The notes under the pieces: model-generated
What the model saw: the letters and a program-made list of their open reading frames with translations, nothing else
Told to the model about the DNA's origin: nothing
The model's database searches: none
In this document: positions 9,936 through 19,958 of the stretch, piece by piece
Position numbering within the stretch: position 1 is the stretch's first letter
Layout of the letters: every line of letters begins with the position of its first letter
Made by a program: the position numbers and the translations under genes
DNA from: Candidatus Thorarchaeota archaeon
GTDB taxonomy: Archaea; Asgardarchaeota; Thorarchaeia; Thorarchaeales; Thorarchaeaceae
Direction: 5' to 3'
Length of the DNA stretch: 64,000 bases
Assembly (NCBI GenBank): GCA_029855935.1
Contig: JAGSHN010000016.1
Location: 1 to 64,000, forward strand

Positions 9936-10172
9936 ATGATAATCGCATTCATCATGGGAAAGATTGATTCCTCGAAGGCACGGGAGATTCTAGATACGGT
10001 CCGAAAACTCGAGCCGGTTGAAGAGGCCTACCTCATCTACGGCGCCTATGACCTTCTCATCAAGGGCACTTTCAAGACGCCTGAGGAGCTCAGCTCGTTT
10101 GTAGTGGACGAGCTGCGCAACATCGACGGAGTGCGCGACACGGTCACAAATGTGTGTGCCACAGCCGCATAG
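9936..10172 (+). CDS. Stand-alone Lrp/AsnC ligand-binding (RAM) domain protein
   Basis: VEEAYLIYGAYDLLIK...LRNIDGVRDTVT pattern; 78 aa with no HTH. Confidence 0.85.
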   Translation: MIIAFIMGKIDSSKAREILDTVRKLEPVEEAYLIYGAYDLLIKGTFKTPEELSSFVVDELRNIDGVRDTVTNVCATAA

Positions 10173-10184
10173 GGGGGCAGTACG

Positions 10185-10499
10185 ATGTCCGAGATATACT
10201 CTCGCCGGCTGTACAAGTTCAAGCCTCGTCACGGTCATCAGGTACATCTGGGCGCAGCGGAGATTCGAGCAGCGGTATTGAACTTGGGAAGAGAGGTACT
10301 CGGAAACGAGTTCGACGCGCAGGTGATTTCCGAGGAGGATGGCACGGTCCTCGTCACGTGCTCGGCCGCCACAGGCCAGCTTGTCGACGAGATGGACAAG
10401 AAGCTGATGGTGAAGATAATCAACTTTTGCGAGAAGCATGACCTCAGTGTGGAAGTTGGAGAAATGGAAGTAATGACTCCTGGTGAGGAATGGGTCTAG
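10185..10499 (+). CDS. Hypothetical protein (104 aa)
   Basis: Starts 12 nt after the RAM gene behind a GGGGGG purine tract; coding-like composition. Confidence 0.6.
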   Translation: MSEIYSRRLYKFKPRHGHQVHLGAAEIRAAVLNLGREVLGNEFDAQVISEEDGTVLVTCSAATGQLVDEMDKKLMVKIINFCEKHDLSVEVGEMEVMTPGEEWV

Positions 10500-10510
10500 A
10501 GGGGGACTGC

Positions 10511-12376
10511 CTACAGCCTCTCCAGTCCCAACCTCTCCAGCGTCGAGTCGAGTGGGATACCAGTCTTGAGGTCCCATCCGCGTTCTCTGTAATATTCATC
10601 GAGCATCTGTTCGAGTTCCACCACCTGTCCCTTGGGCGGCCCTGCAGGTGCTGGCTCGGACGTGAGACGTGCAGGCAACGAGTCATCCTTGCGTGAGACT
10701 CCACGTGCCACATTGAAGAGCCGATTCAGATTGACTATCCTCTCTCCAATTGTCTGCAGATCTTCGGCAGTAAGGTCGAGGCCGTTGTGTATCCTCAGGG
10801 CCTCCGCAATATCGTCGTAGTAGAACTCAGGAGGTATCTGCGTGCCGTATTTGCAGACACCCACACTCTCAACGACTACCATATAGTCTTCGCTCTCCTT
10901 GACCATTATCCCCTTGTACTTTGGACTGAGCCTGTCGCTCATCTCGGGGAGATACTGCTCGCCGTGCCGCTGCTTGATCTCCTCATCAAACCCGACCTCA
11001 TCGAGGATCGGAAATGCGTATAGGTGGTCTGCACCCCTTGCTGCAGTCACTGCGGCCAGCCCCATTGACTTCTGTGCCCTGGGCTCCTGCCCCGCTATCT
11101 CCTGACGTTTGACAGCCATCACGAGTCTCTCGCTACCTCTGCCAATCCTCTGAGCTGCCCGGTAGCTCCCCTCCGCCAAGAGGTCGCCGAAGCCCTCTCT
11201 GAATGCTATCATCTTGGTCAGCCTGACGATGACCTCGTGGTTTCCCCAGGACAGATCGAGTCCACCTGTATCATCAGCCGTCAGCATTCCCTTCTCCCAG
11301 GCCTCCATTGCCCAAGAGATTGTCCCGCCGAGCGAGATGGTGTCCATTCCGTACATGTTGGCAAGGTGATGGGCATACAGAATTGACTCAAGGTTGTCGT
11401 TGCCACATCGTGAACCAAGCGACGACTGGCTCTCGAACTCTGGTGAACCGCCCTCATATGAGTAGGGTCCCTCTCGTACGGCAGTGTAGCGGCCACATCT
11501 CTGAAGACAGCACCAGTCGGAACGCGGTTTGATCAGATATTCCTTTGCTATCCTCTCCCCACTTATCTTCTCATAGCCCTCGAAGACTCCAGTCTTGAAG
11601 TTGTATGACGGAAGCCGACCGATGTGATGCATCAGCTCCACTAGGTTGGTCGTTCCATACTTCGCTCTCTGAGGAGTGAACGGGTTTGCAAGCATCCGCC
11701 TGTGAAACTCCCGCATCTCTGCCAGATAGCGCTCAGGGTCAGCCACCTCGATTGCCCCGGTGCCTCTAACACAGATGGCCTTGAGCCTCTTCGATCCCAT
11801 CACTGCACCCAGACCCGACCTCGCAGATGCCCTGTCCCGGTCGTTCATTATGGCTGCGAAGCGAACAAGGTTCTCTCCAGCCTGGCCGATGGACAGTACC
11901 CTGCACAGAAGCCCGTGCCTGCGCCTCAGGATGTCGTCGGTCTCGAAGACATCTCTTCCCCAGAGGTCCGTGGCATCACGCAGCTCAACGTCCGAATCGT
12001 GAATGTTCAGATACACCGGTCTCGGGGACGCGCCTGTGAAGAACATGGCGTCGTATCCCGCCAGTTTCAGCTCGGCGCCCCAGAAGCCAGCAGCGTGACT
12101 CTCACCCCATATCCCTGTAAGAGGGGACAGTGCTGCGATGACATGCCGAGAGGCCTGTGGAAACATTGATCCTGTCAGGAGGCCGGTTGCAACGCCGAGC
12201 ACGTTGTCGGGCGACAGTGCATCAGTTCCAACAGGTATCATATCGGTCAGCATTCTTGAGAGGTATCCCGCCCCGAGTAGGTATCTGCGTACAATCTCCT
12301 CATCCAGTGGTCTCTTCTGTATGGTCCCCTTGGTGAGATTTACCCACAGAACGGTACCGCCAATGCCCTTGATCAC
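10511..12376 (-). CDS. aor: Tungsten-dependent aldehyde:ferredoxin oxidoreductase family protein
   Basis: SPLTG, SIGQAGENLV, RSGLGAVMGSKRLKAI, GMDTISLG, RGADH, EYYRERGWD. GTG start at 12376 overlaps the upstream TGA. Confidence 0.92.
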   Translation of the reverse strand: MIKGIGGTVLWVNLTKGTIQKRPLDEEIVRRYLLGAGYLSRMLTDMIPVGTDALSPDNVLGVATGLLTGSMFPQASRHVIAALSPLTGIWGESHAAGFWGAELKLAGYDAMFFTGASPRPVYLNIHDSDVELRDATDLWGRDVFETDDILRRRHGLLCRVLSIGQAGENLVRFAAIMNDRDRASARSGLGAVMGSKRLKAICVRGTGAIEVADPERYLAEMREFHRRMLANPFTPQRAKYGTTNLVELMHHIGRLPSYNFKTGVFEGYEKISGERIAKEYLIKPRSDWCCLQRCGRYTAVREGPYSYEGGSPEFESQSSLGSRCGNDNLESILYAHHLANMYGMDTISLGGTISWAMEAWEKGMLTADDTGGLDLSWGNHEVIVRLTKMIAFREGFGDLLAEGSYRAAQRIGRGSERLVMAVKRQEIAGQEPRAQKSMGLAAVTAARGADHLYAFPILDEVGFDEEIKQRHGEQYLPEMSDRLSPKYKGIMVKESEDYMVVVESVGVCKYGTQIPPEFYYDDIAEALRIHNGLDLTAEDLQTIGERIVNLNRLFNVARGVSRKDDSLPARLTSEPAPAGPPKGQVVELEQMLDEYYRERGWDLKTGIPLDSTLERLGLERL

Positions 12377-12864
12377 GCATTCTTCCTCCGCTGATAGATG
12401 TATGATGCATTCTCCTCGTACACCCGCCTGAGTCCCCCCTCGGCATCGCGTTGGGAGAGTTGCTCTTCTGTTGTCATCCATATGGCGCCGACGGGACACC
12501 AGTCGACACACTCTCGGCACTGGATACACTTGAAGGCCTTGCCAGTGTCGGGATGAATCCTGATGGCATCATAGGGACACGCTTCAACGCAGGCGCCGCA
12601 CCCATCACAGAACCTACTGTTGACAGTTATCACTCCATTCTTGCCTCTCTTGAGAGCGTTTCTCGGACAGGCTGCGATACACGGGGCATCCTCACAGTTC
12701 CTGCAGAAGAGCGGAAAGTCAAGACCGTGATCAAGTCTGACGACTCTGACACGCGAGCGTTCGGGACTGAGAACCCTGTAGTACCTCATACTGCAGACAT
12801 TCACGCATATCATACAGCCAGTGCAGACCCTCGGGTCGCCAAACACAAACTGGAGTGTTGTCAA
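12373..12864 (-). CDS. 4Fe-4S dicluster protein (AOR electron-transfer partner)
   Basis: CTGCMICVNVC, CRNCEDAPCIAACP, CDGCGACVEACP, KCIQCRECVDWCP. TTG start after GGAG. Confidence 0.9.
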   Translation of the reverse strand: MTTLQFVFGDPRVCTGCMICVNVCSMRYYRVLSPERSRVRVVRLDHGLDFPLFCRNCEDAPCIAACPRNALKRGKNGVITVNSRFCDGCGACVEACPYDAIRIHPDTGKAFKCIQCRECVDWCPVGAIWMTTEEQLSQRDAEGGLRRVYEENASYIYQRRKNA

Positions 12865-13240
12865 GAAAGCTCCTCCATCATACTGTGGTGATCTGAGCAT
12901 CAGGCCAGCGCATCCGAACCTGATAAACCTCTGGTTCTACCGATTCCCCCCACTCTCGCTGCATAGACGGCATCTGTTGATGCAGACTCAAGCAGATCTG
13001 GTCCGCGATGTGCACACGACCTATCACTCGTTTCCTTATGGTCGGTCATATGGCAATACTAATTAGAAGATGTTGTCGCGGCCACTCATCCCGTTGACGT
13101 GGCCATCACACGGCCTCTGGAGAAGGGAGACAAGACTGTCCCCCTATTTTACTGCCCTCTCTTCTCTGACGATGCGCGGACTGAACTCGTAAGGTTGGAA
13201 TCGTTTGGGCGACAGGCACACCATCAGGGGAATAGGAGAG

Positions 13241-14590
13241 ATGAGGCGCTCGTCAACGAGGCGCCACATTAGCGCGCTCATCATAGTTGATGGGGAGATG
13301 CGAGTCCGATGGGCTAACTCAGACGGCAGGGAACTGCTTGCCATTGATGAGAAGTACAGTAACGGTCCTCGTCTGCAGGACCTACATTGGCCCCAGGGTG
13401 TTCTGGACCCCGCTCTCACTGTTGTCGAGAGTGCCGCATCCGAAGGCGTGCGCGTTCAACGCACGGTCCAGCCGCCTGGCACGGTCACGTCTTGGCAGAT
13501 CGAGGCCTCACCGATAAGGGTCACCGAAGATGACGTTTTCGTTATTGCCCTGTCGATAAGCGCAGAACGGCAGAGGGATGTTGTATCCCTTGACGATCCG
13601 CTGTGGCGTCTCTTGTTCGATTCTATCCCCCATCCTATTCTCATTCTTGACGACGGGCATCGGGTAGTTGCAGCGAATAGAGCGACACTGGCCCTGCTCG
13701 GCGTCGATGACGAGGAACAGATTGTTGGACAATTCTGTTATCACCTCTTTCACAGTGCCCCGACGCCGCCCGCCAATTGTCCCTCTGTGGCGCTGAGGGA
13801 AGATCTGTCACGAGAGCAGAAGCAGGCTGAGATGGATGTCCTCGGTCGCAAGATGATGATCTCGGTGAGCCCTGTTTCTGCTTCTGACGGCTCTCTACGG
13901 TACGTCATCCATGACGCAGTCGATGTGACTTGCCATCGAGCCGCTGAGGCCACAGCCAGCCTCTTTCTCGACATCCTCGGTCACGACGTGGCCAATCTAA
14001 TTCAGTCTATTGAGATGGCACTTTGGCTCATTGACCAAGAGGGTGGCGAGAGTGAGAGTGCAAAGATAATCCGTGATGCAGTCAGTCGGATTGGACGGCT
14101 GATAGAGAAGTCGAGAGACATCGAGAGCCTTCCCCACAGCCCACTTCGTCCTCTTGTGCTCCAAGACGCTGTGAGGGCATCAGTAGAACGCCTGTTGACG
14201 CGGTTTCCTGACGTTGTTGTAGATGTTTCGCTGCCAACAGAGGACTGTACTATCGACGCGAACAGATACATCTCTGTGATACTGGACAACCTTCTCGACA
14301 ACGCCGTCCGGCATAACCCCTCAGATCATCGACGGGTGTGGGTCAGGATCGAGAAGTCCAACAGAGGCTGCAAACTCGTAATAGCGGATAACGGTCCGGG
14401 ACTGGACAGTACGATGCGTCGGACATTACTCAATGGTTCTCGCCACTTTGGCGGCATTGGAGTTCACCAGGCACGGATTGTGAGTGCAAGGTTCGGAGCA
14501 ACACTGAGAATAGAGGACAGGATTGACGGCCGTCCTGACGAGGGGTCTGCCTTTGTCATCTGGTTCCCTGCAGCTCTGCAGACGGCGTAG
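13241..14590 (+). CDS. Cytoplasmic PAS-domain sensor histidine kinase
   Basis: Two PAS-like segments. H-box ILGHDVAN, N-box NLLDNAVRH, G1 IADNGPG, G2 GGIG. Start is uncertain (13205-13298). Confidence 0.85.
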   Translation: MRRSSTRRHISALIIVDGEMRVRWANSDGRELLAIDEKYSNGPRLQDLHWPQGVLDPALTVVESAASEGVRVQRTVQPPGTVTSWQIEASPIRVTEDDVFVIALSISAERQRDVVSLDDPLWRLLFDSIPHPILILDDGHRVVAANRATLALLGVDDEEQIVGQFCYHLFHSAPTPPANCPSVALREDLSREQKQAEMDVLGRKMMISVSPVSASDGSLRYVIHDAVDVTCHRAAEATASLFLDILGHDVANLIQSIEMALWLIDQEGGESESAKIIRDAVSRIGRLIEKSRDIESLPHSPLRPLVLQDAVRASVERLLTRFPDVVVDVSLPTEDCTIDANRYISVILDNLLDNAVRHNPSDHRRVWVRIEKSNRGCKLVIADNGPGLDSTMRRTLLNGSRHFGGIGVHQARIVSARFGATLRIEDRIDGRPDEGSAFVIWFPAALQTA

Positions 14591-14626
14591 AATCGTATTG
14601 GCCAACCCGGCGGCCCGTCCAGCGCC

Positions 14627-15988
14627 TCATGCAGGCAGACATGCCACCCCCATTCTCTGGAACCTGCCCTCTCCCTTCTCCCCGGCTATTTCCCCGTCCT
14701 CATAGACGATCCGCCCTCTGTTGATGGTCAACACGGGCGCACCCTTGAACCGCATCCCATCGTACAGTGTCCAGCCACTCTTGGACAACGTCCTGTCATC
14801 GGACATCTTCTCCTCCCGCGAGAGGTCCACGAGGACAAGGTCGGCATCTGCGCCCACCGCAATCGTCCCCTTCTGGGGATACAGCCCAAATATCCTGGCT
14901 GGATTGACGGCCGTCACCCGCAGCACCCTGTCGAGAGTCAGTCTTGCTCTGTGGACACCCTCCGACAGCAGTATCCTCAAGATCATCTGAATGCCGTCTA
15001 CTCCGGCCCAGCTCTCTCTGATGTCGGAGGTCTCCTTCTCACTGAGCGGGGCTGGAGCGTGGTCACTGACCACGATGTCAATCGCTCCGGTCAGCAGGCC
15101 CGCCCAGAGCGCGGCCCTGTCTCGCTTGGTCCTCAGGGGCGGATTCATCTTGCTTCTCGGGCCCAGCCGGTTCATCTCATCGCGGTCGAAGATGAGATGG
15201 TGAGGACAGACCTCCGCAGAGACCTCCACGCCCTGCTGTTTTCCTGCAGCGACCTCTGTGACGCCCTGCTGTGTCGTGACGTGGGCGATGTGCAGATGAC
15301 CGCCAGTCTCTCGTGCAATTCTGATGGTCTGGTGGATGGCGAGCTGTTCAGCGAGTGCTGGACGGGCGAGAGCATGGCTGACAGGGGCATCCCATTCTCC
15401 ATCGAGGTCCCTCCGAAACTCCTCAAGCACGCCTTGGTCTTCACAGTGGACTGTGAGGTGAGCACCGTGTGCAGCCACCTCGCTTAGGGCCCTTGTTATC
15501 ACTCCGGCGTTTGCGTAGAACGGTTCGCACGTGAAGGCCTTGAAACCGGCGACGCCCTCCTCCACTAGCACAGCGATGTTCTGGATGTTGTCCGAACGGA
15601 TCATGCCTCCGTATAGTCCAAAGTCAATGACTGACCTCTTCTCTCCCTCTCTCACCTTCTTCCGCACCAGCTCGACAGTGTCCACCTGCAGACTCAGCGG
15701 CATTTCAATGACTGTTGTCACGCCGCCGGAGGCCGCGAGCATCGAGCCGGAAGAGAAGTCCTCGTGCTCCAGCATAGAACTGTCGTGGAGATGTGCATGG
15801 CCGTCGATGAGGCCCGGCATCAGGACATTCGTCTCGGCGTCGATGACCCGATCTGCTGATGGGAGATGCTCGTCGGTGGCAATCGCGACTATGCGTTCTC
15901 CCTCAACGGCAACACCACCTCTCACGATTCCTGACTCAAGCAGGAGCTTGGCGTTCTTGATGACAAGATCCACCGTGTACGCGTTCAT
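14627..15988 (-). CDS. Cyclic amidohydrolase (dihydroorotase/allantoinase family)
   Basis: PGLIDGHAH, GGVTTVIEMP, FK, VHCED, HIAHV, EVCPHHL, KMNPPLR, SDHAP, GADADLV. Confidence 0.9.
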   Translation of the reverse strand: MNAYTVDLVIKNAKLLLESGIVRGGVAVEGERIVAIATDEHLPSADRVIDAETNVLMPGLIDGHAHLHDSSMLEHEDFSSGSMLAASGGVTTVIEMPLSLQVDTVELVRKKVREGEKRSVIDFGLYGGMIRSDNIQNIAVLVEEGVAGFKAFTCEPFYANAGVITRALSEVAAHGAHLTVHCEDQGVLEEFRRDLDGEWDAPVSHALARPALAEQLAIHQTIRIARETGGHLHIAHVTTQQGVTEVAAGKQQGVEVSAEVCPHHLIFDRDEMNRLGPRSKMNPPLRTKRDRAALWAGLLTGAIDIVVSDHAPAPLSEKETSDIRESWAGVDGIQMILRILLSEGVHRARLTLDRVLRVTAVNPARIFGLYPQKGTIAVGADADLVLVDLSREEKMSDDRTLSKSGWTLYDGMRFKGAPVLTINRGRIVYEDGEIAGEKGEGRFQRMGVACLPA

Positions 15989-15989
15989 C

Positions 15990-16280
15990 CTACCCACCCC
16001 CCACAGGCGGGAATATGGCCACCACATCGCCGTCACGGAGTTCTGTCCCGTATCCATTGAGAAGCTCTATCCTCCTTCCATTCACCATGCAGGAGAAGAA
16101 GCGTTTCAGTTCGCCAGTGTCGGGATCGATCACAGTGTCCCGGAATGGCGGCCCGAATTCTTGTACCAGTATGTCCAGGAGGTGGCGGATATTGCGAGCC
16201 TCCATCTCCCGACTCTTTACACCAGCCGCCTCGCGTACGGACGCAAAGAACTTCACGATCACCTTGGCCAATGGCATCAC
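15990..16280 (-). CDS. MoaD/ThiS-family ubiquitin-like small protein (SAMP/Urm1-like)
   Basis: VKFFASVREAAG ... VNG ... LRDGDVVAIFPPVGGG with a C-terminal di-glycine. Confidence 0.92.
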   Translation of the reverse strand: MMPLAKVIVKFFASVREAAGVKSREMEARNIRHLLDILVQEFGPPFRDTVIDPDTGELKRFFSCMVNGRRIELLNGYGTELRDGDVVAIFPPVGGG

Positions 16281-16373
16281 ATCCGGTCTACTAGGCCCGA
16301 CGGGTTAAAACGCTGTTGTTGCGGGGCACAGAAAGGTACAAGTCCCACTCGGCACTCGTTGCAGTGACCATCG

Positions 16374-17261
16374 ATGGAGATTGTTGTCGCTGGCCATCTC
16401 AGTAGAGACCTTCTGATAACTCCAGAGTTCACACGCGAGACCCTGGGTGGAGGCACCGCTTATGCAATGCTTGCTCCTGCGATTGGCGCGCTTGGTGCCG
16501 GTATTGTCAGCAGGGTTGGACGCGACTTCAGTCAGGACTATGTCGATGTGCTGCGATCGTCGGGCCTTGACATCACGGGACTACGCATCAGTGGGCCTCA
16601 TACGACCCGATTCGTGAACGAATACGCCCCGGATGGTCAGAGACACCAGCGAATCGAGGCGATTGCTCCGCCTCTTCGGGGTGAAGACTTTCTGCCGCGT
16701 CATCTTGAGGCTGGCATAGTACACTTCTCCCCGCTCACGGCAGAGGAGATTCATCCCAGCTGCTACGATGTGGCTCACGGTTCTGGTGCTCTCATCTCCC
16801 TGGACGTCCAAGGTTATCTCAGAGCAAGCAAGACCGGGCCTGTCGAACCTCACGAGTGGCACGACCGCGAGTACGTCCTCCGGTTCATAGACATTCTGAA
16901 GGCCGATGAGCTTGAGATCAGGGTCTCGATGGGCGTTGACAGCGAGAGGGAGGCCGCGCGCATGGCCCTAGAGATGGGGCCGAGAATCGTCGTGGTCACC
17001 CGGAACCGCTATGGCTCGACGGTGTACACCGAGAGCTCCTCCGTTGACATTCCTGCTGTGGTCAGTGATAGGCTGGTGGACGAGACAGGTGCGGGAGACA
17101 CCTATATGATTGGCTTTCTCCTTGAGTATGTGCGCTCGGGCGATGTCCGTCGTGCCGGGCTGTTCGGAGCCACGTGCGCATCATTCAACATCGAGAACGT
17201 GGGGCCCTACAATATGCCCTCGCGTGAAGATGTAGAGGCCCGAATGCGGAGATATCTGTAG
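16374..17261 (+). CDS. PfkB-family carbohydrate/nucleoside kinase
   Basis: GGGTAY, VGRDF, DETGAGDTY signature. Confidence 0.9.
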   Translation: MEIVVAGHLSRDLLITPEFTRETLGGGTAYAMLAPAIGALGAGIVSRVGRDFSQDYVDVLRSSGLDITGLRISGPHTTRFVNEYAPDGQRHQRIEAIAPPLRGEDFLPRHLEAGIVHFSPLTAEEIHPSCYDVAHGSGALISLDVQGYLRASKTGPVEPHEWHDREYVLRFIDILKADELEIRVSMGVDSEREAARMALEMGPRIVVVTRNRYGSTVYTESSSVDIPAVVSDRLVDETGAGDTYMIGFLLEYVRSGDVRRAGLFGATCASFNIENVGPYNMPSREDVEARMRRYL

Positions 17262-17438
17262 GTAGCGACCCCTGCAGTGTTAGCCTGCGTCATTTATCAG
17301 ACGGGGGTCCAGCCATTCCTATCCTGGGGGATAGTAACGATACGTGACCCTCTTCTGTGACCCTAAACTGTGGGTCCACCTTATATTCAGAGATTATGAT
17401 GCTCTTCCTGAATGAATACCGACTGGATGTGAACAACA

Positions 17439-18665
17439 ATGAAGATTGAGAAGCAGAACAGTGTCACCCTCGGGACTGTGGACGAGGATGTGGTGATAGT
17501 GAACTGTGCTATGCTCTCTCCAGACCCTGAGAGTCGAGGAGTCATCAAGATATCGGGGGCACTGCGTGTCAAGGGCGATCTCACAGTCAGGGGGTCGCTC
17601 CAGGCCAGCAGTGTCGAGACTCGGGGCAGCCTCGTTGTGGAGGGCGATCTTGCTGTGGAGGATGGCCTGTCTGTCAAGAAGGGCGCTCTGGAGGTGAGCG
17701 GCAGTGTACAGTGTCAGAGGCTGTCGGTCGACAAGGGCCTTCGTGTCGACGGTGATGTCCGCTGCATCGCTGCAAAGAGTGGTGGGGCGTTTGTGGTTGG
17801 CGGGACGCTGGAGGCAAACGAAGTGGCAGGTGGTTCTTCTGTTGTCGTGACTGGCGATGTCACGGTGGAGAGGATTGCGGCTGGCGGGACACTACGGGCC
17901 GATGGTCGCATAGAGATTGGAGAGCTGGCTGTGGGTGGAAGTGCCAGGGTCGGAAGCGGCACGATTGAGACGATCGCCGTGGGTGACACATTCTCATCTC
18001 GTGGCTCTGTGGATGTGCAGCGTGTGCGTGTTGGCGGCAAGGTTAGTCTTGGCGATTCCTCGAAGGTGGACAATGCCAGCGTGGGCGGGAGTCTAGAGGC
18101 CGGAGCTGGTCTCAATTTCGGCTCTCTTCGAGTGGGTGGTCAGATACGCCTTGCGGGCGACGCGCAGGGCAAGGAGATCTCGGTCGGAGGCCGATTGGCT
18201 GCCAACGGTAGCCTTGTGCTGTCTGAGCGGCTTAGTGTGGGCGGAAGAGCCGAGATTGGGGGGGACGTCAATTGTGACGGTGACATAGAGGTTGGCCGTG
18301 ATCTCGCTGTTCGGGGCGGGGTCAGAGCCCGGGAGGTCTCAGTAGGATCCTCTTTGAGGGCAGAGATTGTCCGAGCTGAGAGGTTCGAGATTGGCAAGAG
18401 AGGAGAGGTACGTTCCCCCGTGGTGGCGTCAGAGATTGTCATACGAGAGCGCGCACGTGCAGGAGTCCTCTACGGAATACACATACATATTGAGGAGAAG
18501 GCACGTGTGGAGAGTGTCTATGGAAGAGAGGTCTACATAGAGTCTGACGCCCGCGTCCGGAGTGTGGTCTACACTGACAGAATTGACGTAGAGACTGGAG
18601 CCAATCTCGCCTCACCTCCCGAACAGGTGGAGAGTCTTCCTCCTGCTGATGACGTGCTGGATTGA
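17439..18665 (+). CDS. Long bactofilin-like (polymer-forming) beta-helix protein
   Basis: Whole protein is ~16-17-aa Gly/Val-rich coils (xVGGxLxxxGxV), no TM. Confidence 0.65.
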   Translation: MKIEKQNSVTLGTVDEDVVIVNCAMLSPDPESRGVIKISGALRVKGDLTVRGSLQASSVETRGSLVVEGDLAVEDGLSVKKGALEVSGSVQCQRLSVDKGLRVDGDVRCIAAKSGGAFVVGGTLEANEVAGGSSVVVTGDVTVERIAAGGTLRADGRIEIGELAVGGSARVGSGTIETIAVGDTFSSRGSVDVQRVRVGGKVSLGDSSKVDNASVGGSLEAGAGLNFGSLRVGGQIRLAGDAQGKEISVGGRLAANGSLVLSERLSVGGRAEIGGDVNCDGDIEVGRDLAVRGGVRAREVSVGSSLRAEIVRAERFEIGKRGEVRSPVVASEIVIRERARAGVLYGIHIHIEEKARVESVYGREVYIESDARVRSVVYTDRIDVETGANLASPPEQVESLPPADDVLD

Positions 18666-18724
18666 AGTGATGAACACCCTAACAGCTCGTGGCCCTGCCA
18701 CGCAGGGCCTGCCATCGCCGCCCC

Positions 18725-19540
18725 TCAGGGCTGCCCGCACAACACGAGAATGCGCCGTCCAGAATCGTCATCGTACGGGCGCAGGTCGAACCAGCCATAC
18801 TCCGCGACGGTCTTGAGCCCTGCCTGCTGGGTGAGTCTGTCCACCTCATCGTCCGACAATATTGTCCCACGCGATGTGACCCGTATGGTCCGCGTGACAT
18901 CTCTGAGGTGAGGGGTCTGCCCCACTCTATACTCCAGCCTCAGTGTCAGAGTTCCGCTGTCAATGTCCGCCAGCATCTCGCCCCGACGTCGCACATAGAG
19001 GTCATCTGGCGTTCTGATTGGGCCATCCTCCCACTGAAAGTGCCCGGGCATAGCCCCCGCCGGAAATAGATCCAGAACAAAGATCCCGTGAGGGGCAAGA
19101 TGCTCTCGGACGCAGCCAAGCAGGGAGAGCTGCTCATCTCTCGTCATCAGGTGGACAAATGAGTCGGGGACTATTATCAAGGAGAATCTCTCGCCGAGGT
19201 CAAAGCTGGTCATATCACCGTGTACCACACGGAGCATCCTACGAACAGCCTGAGGAAGTTCGTTGCGTCTTGCACGCAGAATTCCTAGCATAGCCCGTGA
19301 CCGTTCAAGAGCAGTCACCATCATTCCCTCACTGGCTATGGGGATTGCAATACGCCCAGTGCCTGCTCCAAGGTCAAGGATGGGTGATCCCTGCCGTCGG
19401 GCAAGCTCCAGATAGAATGTGAGGTCGTGATTCTCGGCGAACAGGTCATAGAACTCTGCTATCTGGTCATACTCGTCCTCTACCCCCTCCTCTCCCATAG
19501 ACGACGAACGTTTCATTGCCATCGAACGGCGCCTCTTCAC
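18725..19540 (-). CDS. Class I SAM-dependent methyltransferase
   Basis: ILDLGAGTGRI, VHGDMTSFDL, HLAPHGIFVLD. Confidence 0.9.
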   Translation of the reverse strand: MKRRRSMAMKRSSSMGEEGVEDEYDQIAEFYDLFAENHDLTFYLELARRQGSPILDLGAGTGRIAIPIASEGMMVTALERSRAMLGILRARRNELPQAVRRMLRVVHGDMTSFDLGERFSLIIVPDSFVHLMTRDEQLSLLGCVREHLAPHGIFVLDLFPAGAMPGHFQWEDGPIRTPDDLYVRRRGEMLADIDSGTLTLRLEYRVGQTPHLRDVTRTIRVTSRGTILSDDEVDRLTQQAGLKTVAEYGWFDLRPYDDDSGRRILVLCGQP

Positions 19541-19872
19541 ATCCCCTGAATTGGTTCGGACACAGGAGCGCCCACCAGCGTGATCAGACGCTGGTATATC
19601 TCAAGGTACTCGTGACCGCGTGTTGTCAGTCGAAACACTCTCCGTCCCTCCTCCTCGTCCTCCTCAAGAAGTCCGTACTCCAAAAGATGGTCTATGGCAG
19701 TCTTCGCCCTATCCACAGGCATGTTTGTAGAGCGGGCCGCCCTTGTCAGAGGACAATACCCATAGACAAGGACGATGCGAAGAATGTCCGCATAGATGTC
19801 GTAGCGTGTTCTCCGAATCCCATCGGTTCTGCTGCGAACCACGAGAGGTGACCTCGCCCCGTAGATGGACAT
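19537..19872 (-). CDS. Archaeal winged-helix DNA-binding protein
   Basis: RRTRYDIYADIL ... LTRAARSTNM ... LLEYGLL ... FRLTTRGHEYL. ATG at 19872. Confidence 0.8.
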   Translation of the reverse strand: MSIYGARSPLVVRSRTDGIRRTRYDIYADILRIVLVYGYCPLTRAARSTNMPVDRAKTAIDHLLEYGLLEEDEEEGRRVFRLTTRGHEYLEIYQRLITLVGAPVSEPIQGM

Positions 19873-19958
19873 GGTCGCACAAAAAGGCGGCTGGTCCGTA
19901 TGAAACAACCTTATCACCCCTGTCCGCATATCCCTCAGTGGTTGGGAGATGACACACC

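Noticed and set aside
17262-17438. Intergenic stems (GACCCC/GGGGTC, CTATCC/GGATAG, GACCC/GGGTC) and an ATGATG...CTGA C/D-box-like string
   Set aside because: Stems are short, the box spacing is too tight and there is no terminal D box; not enough to call an ncRNA.
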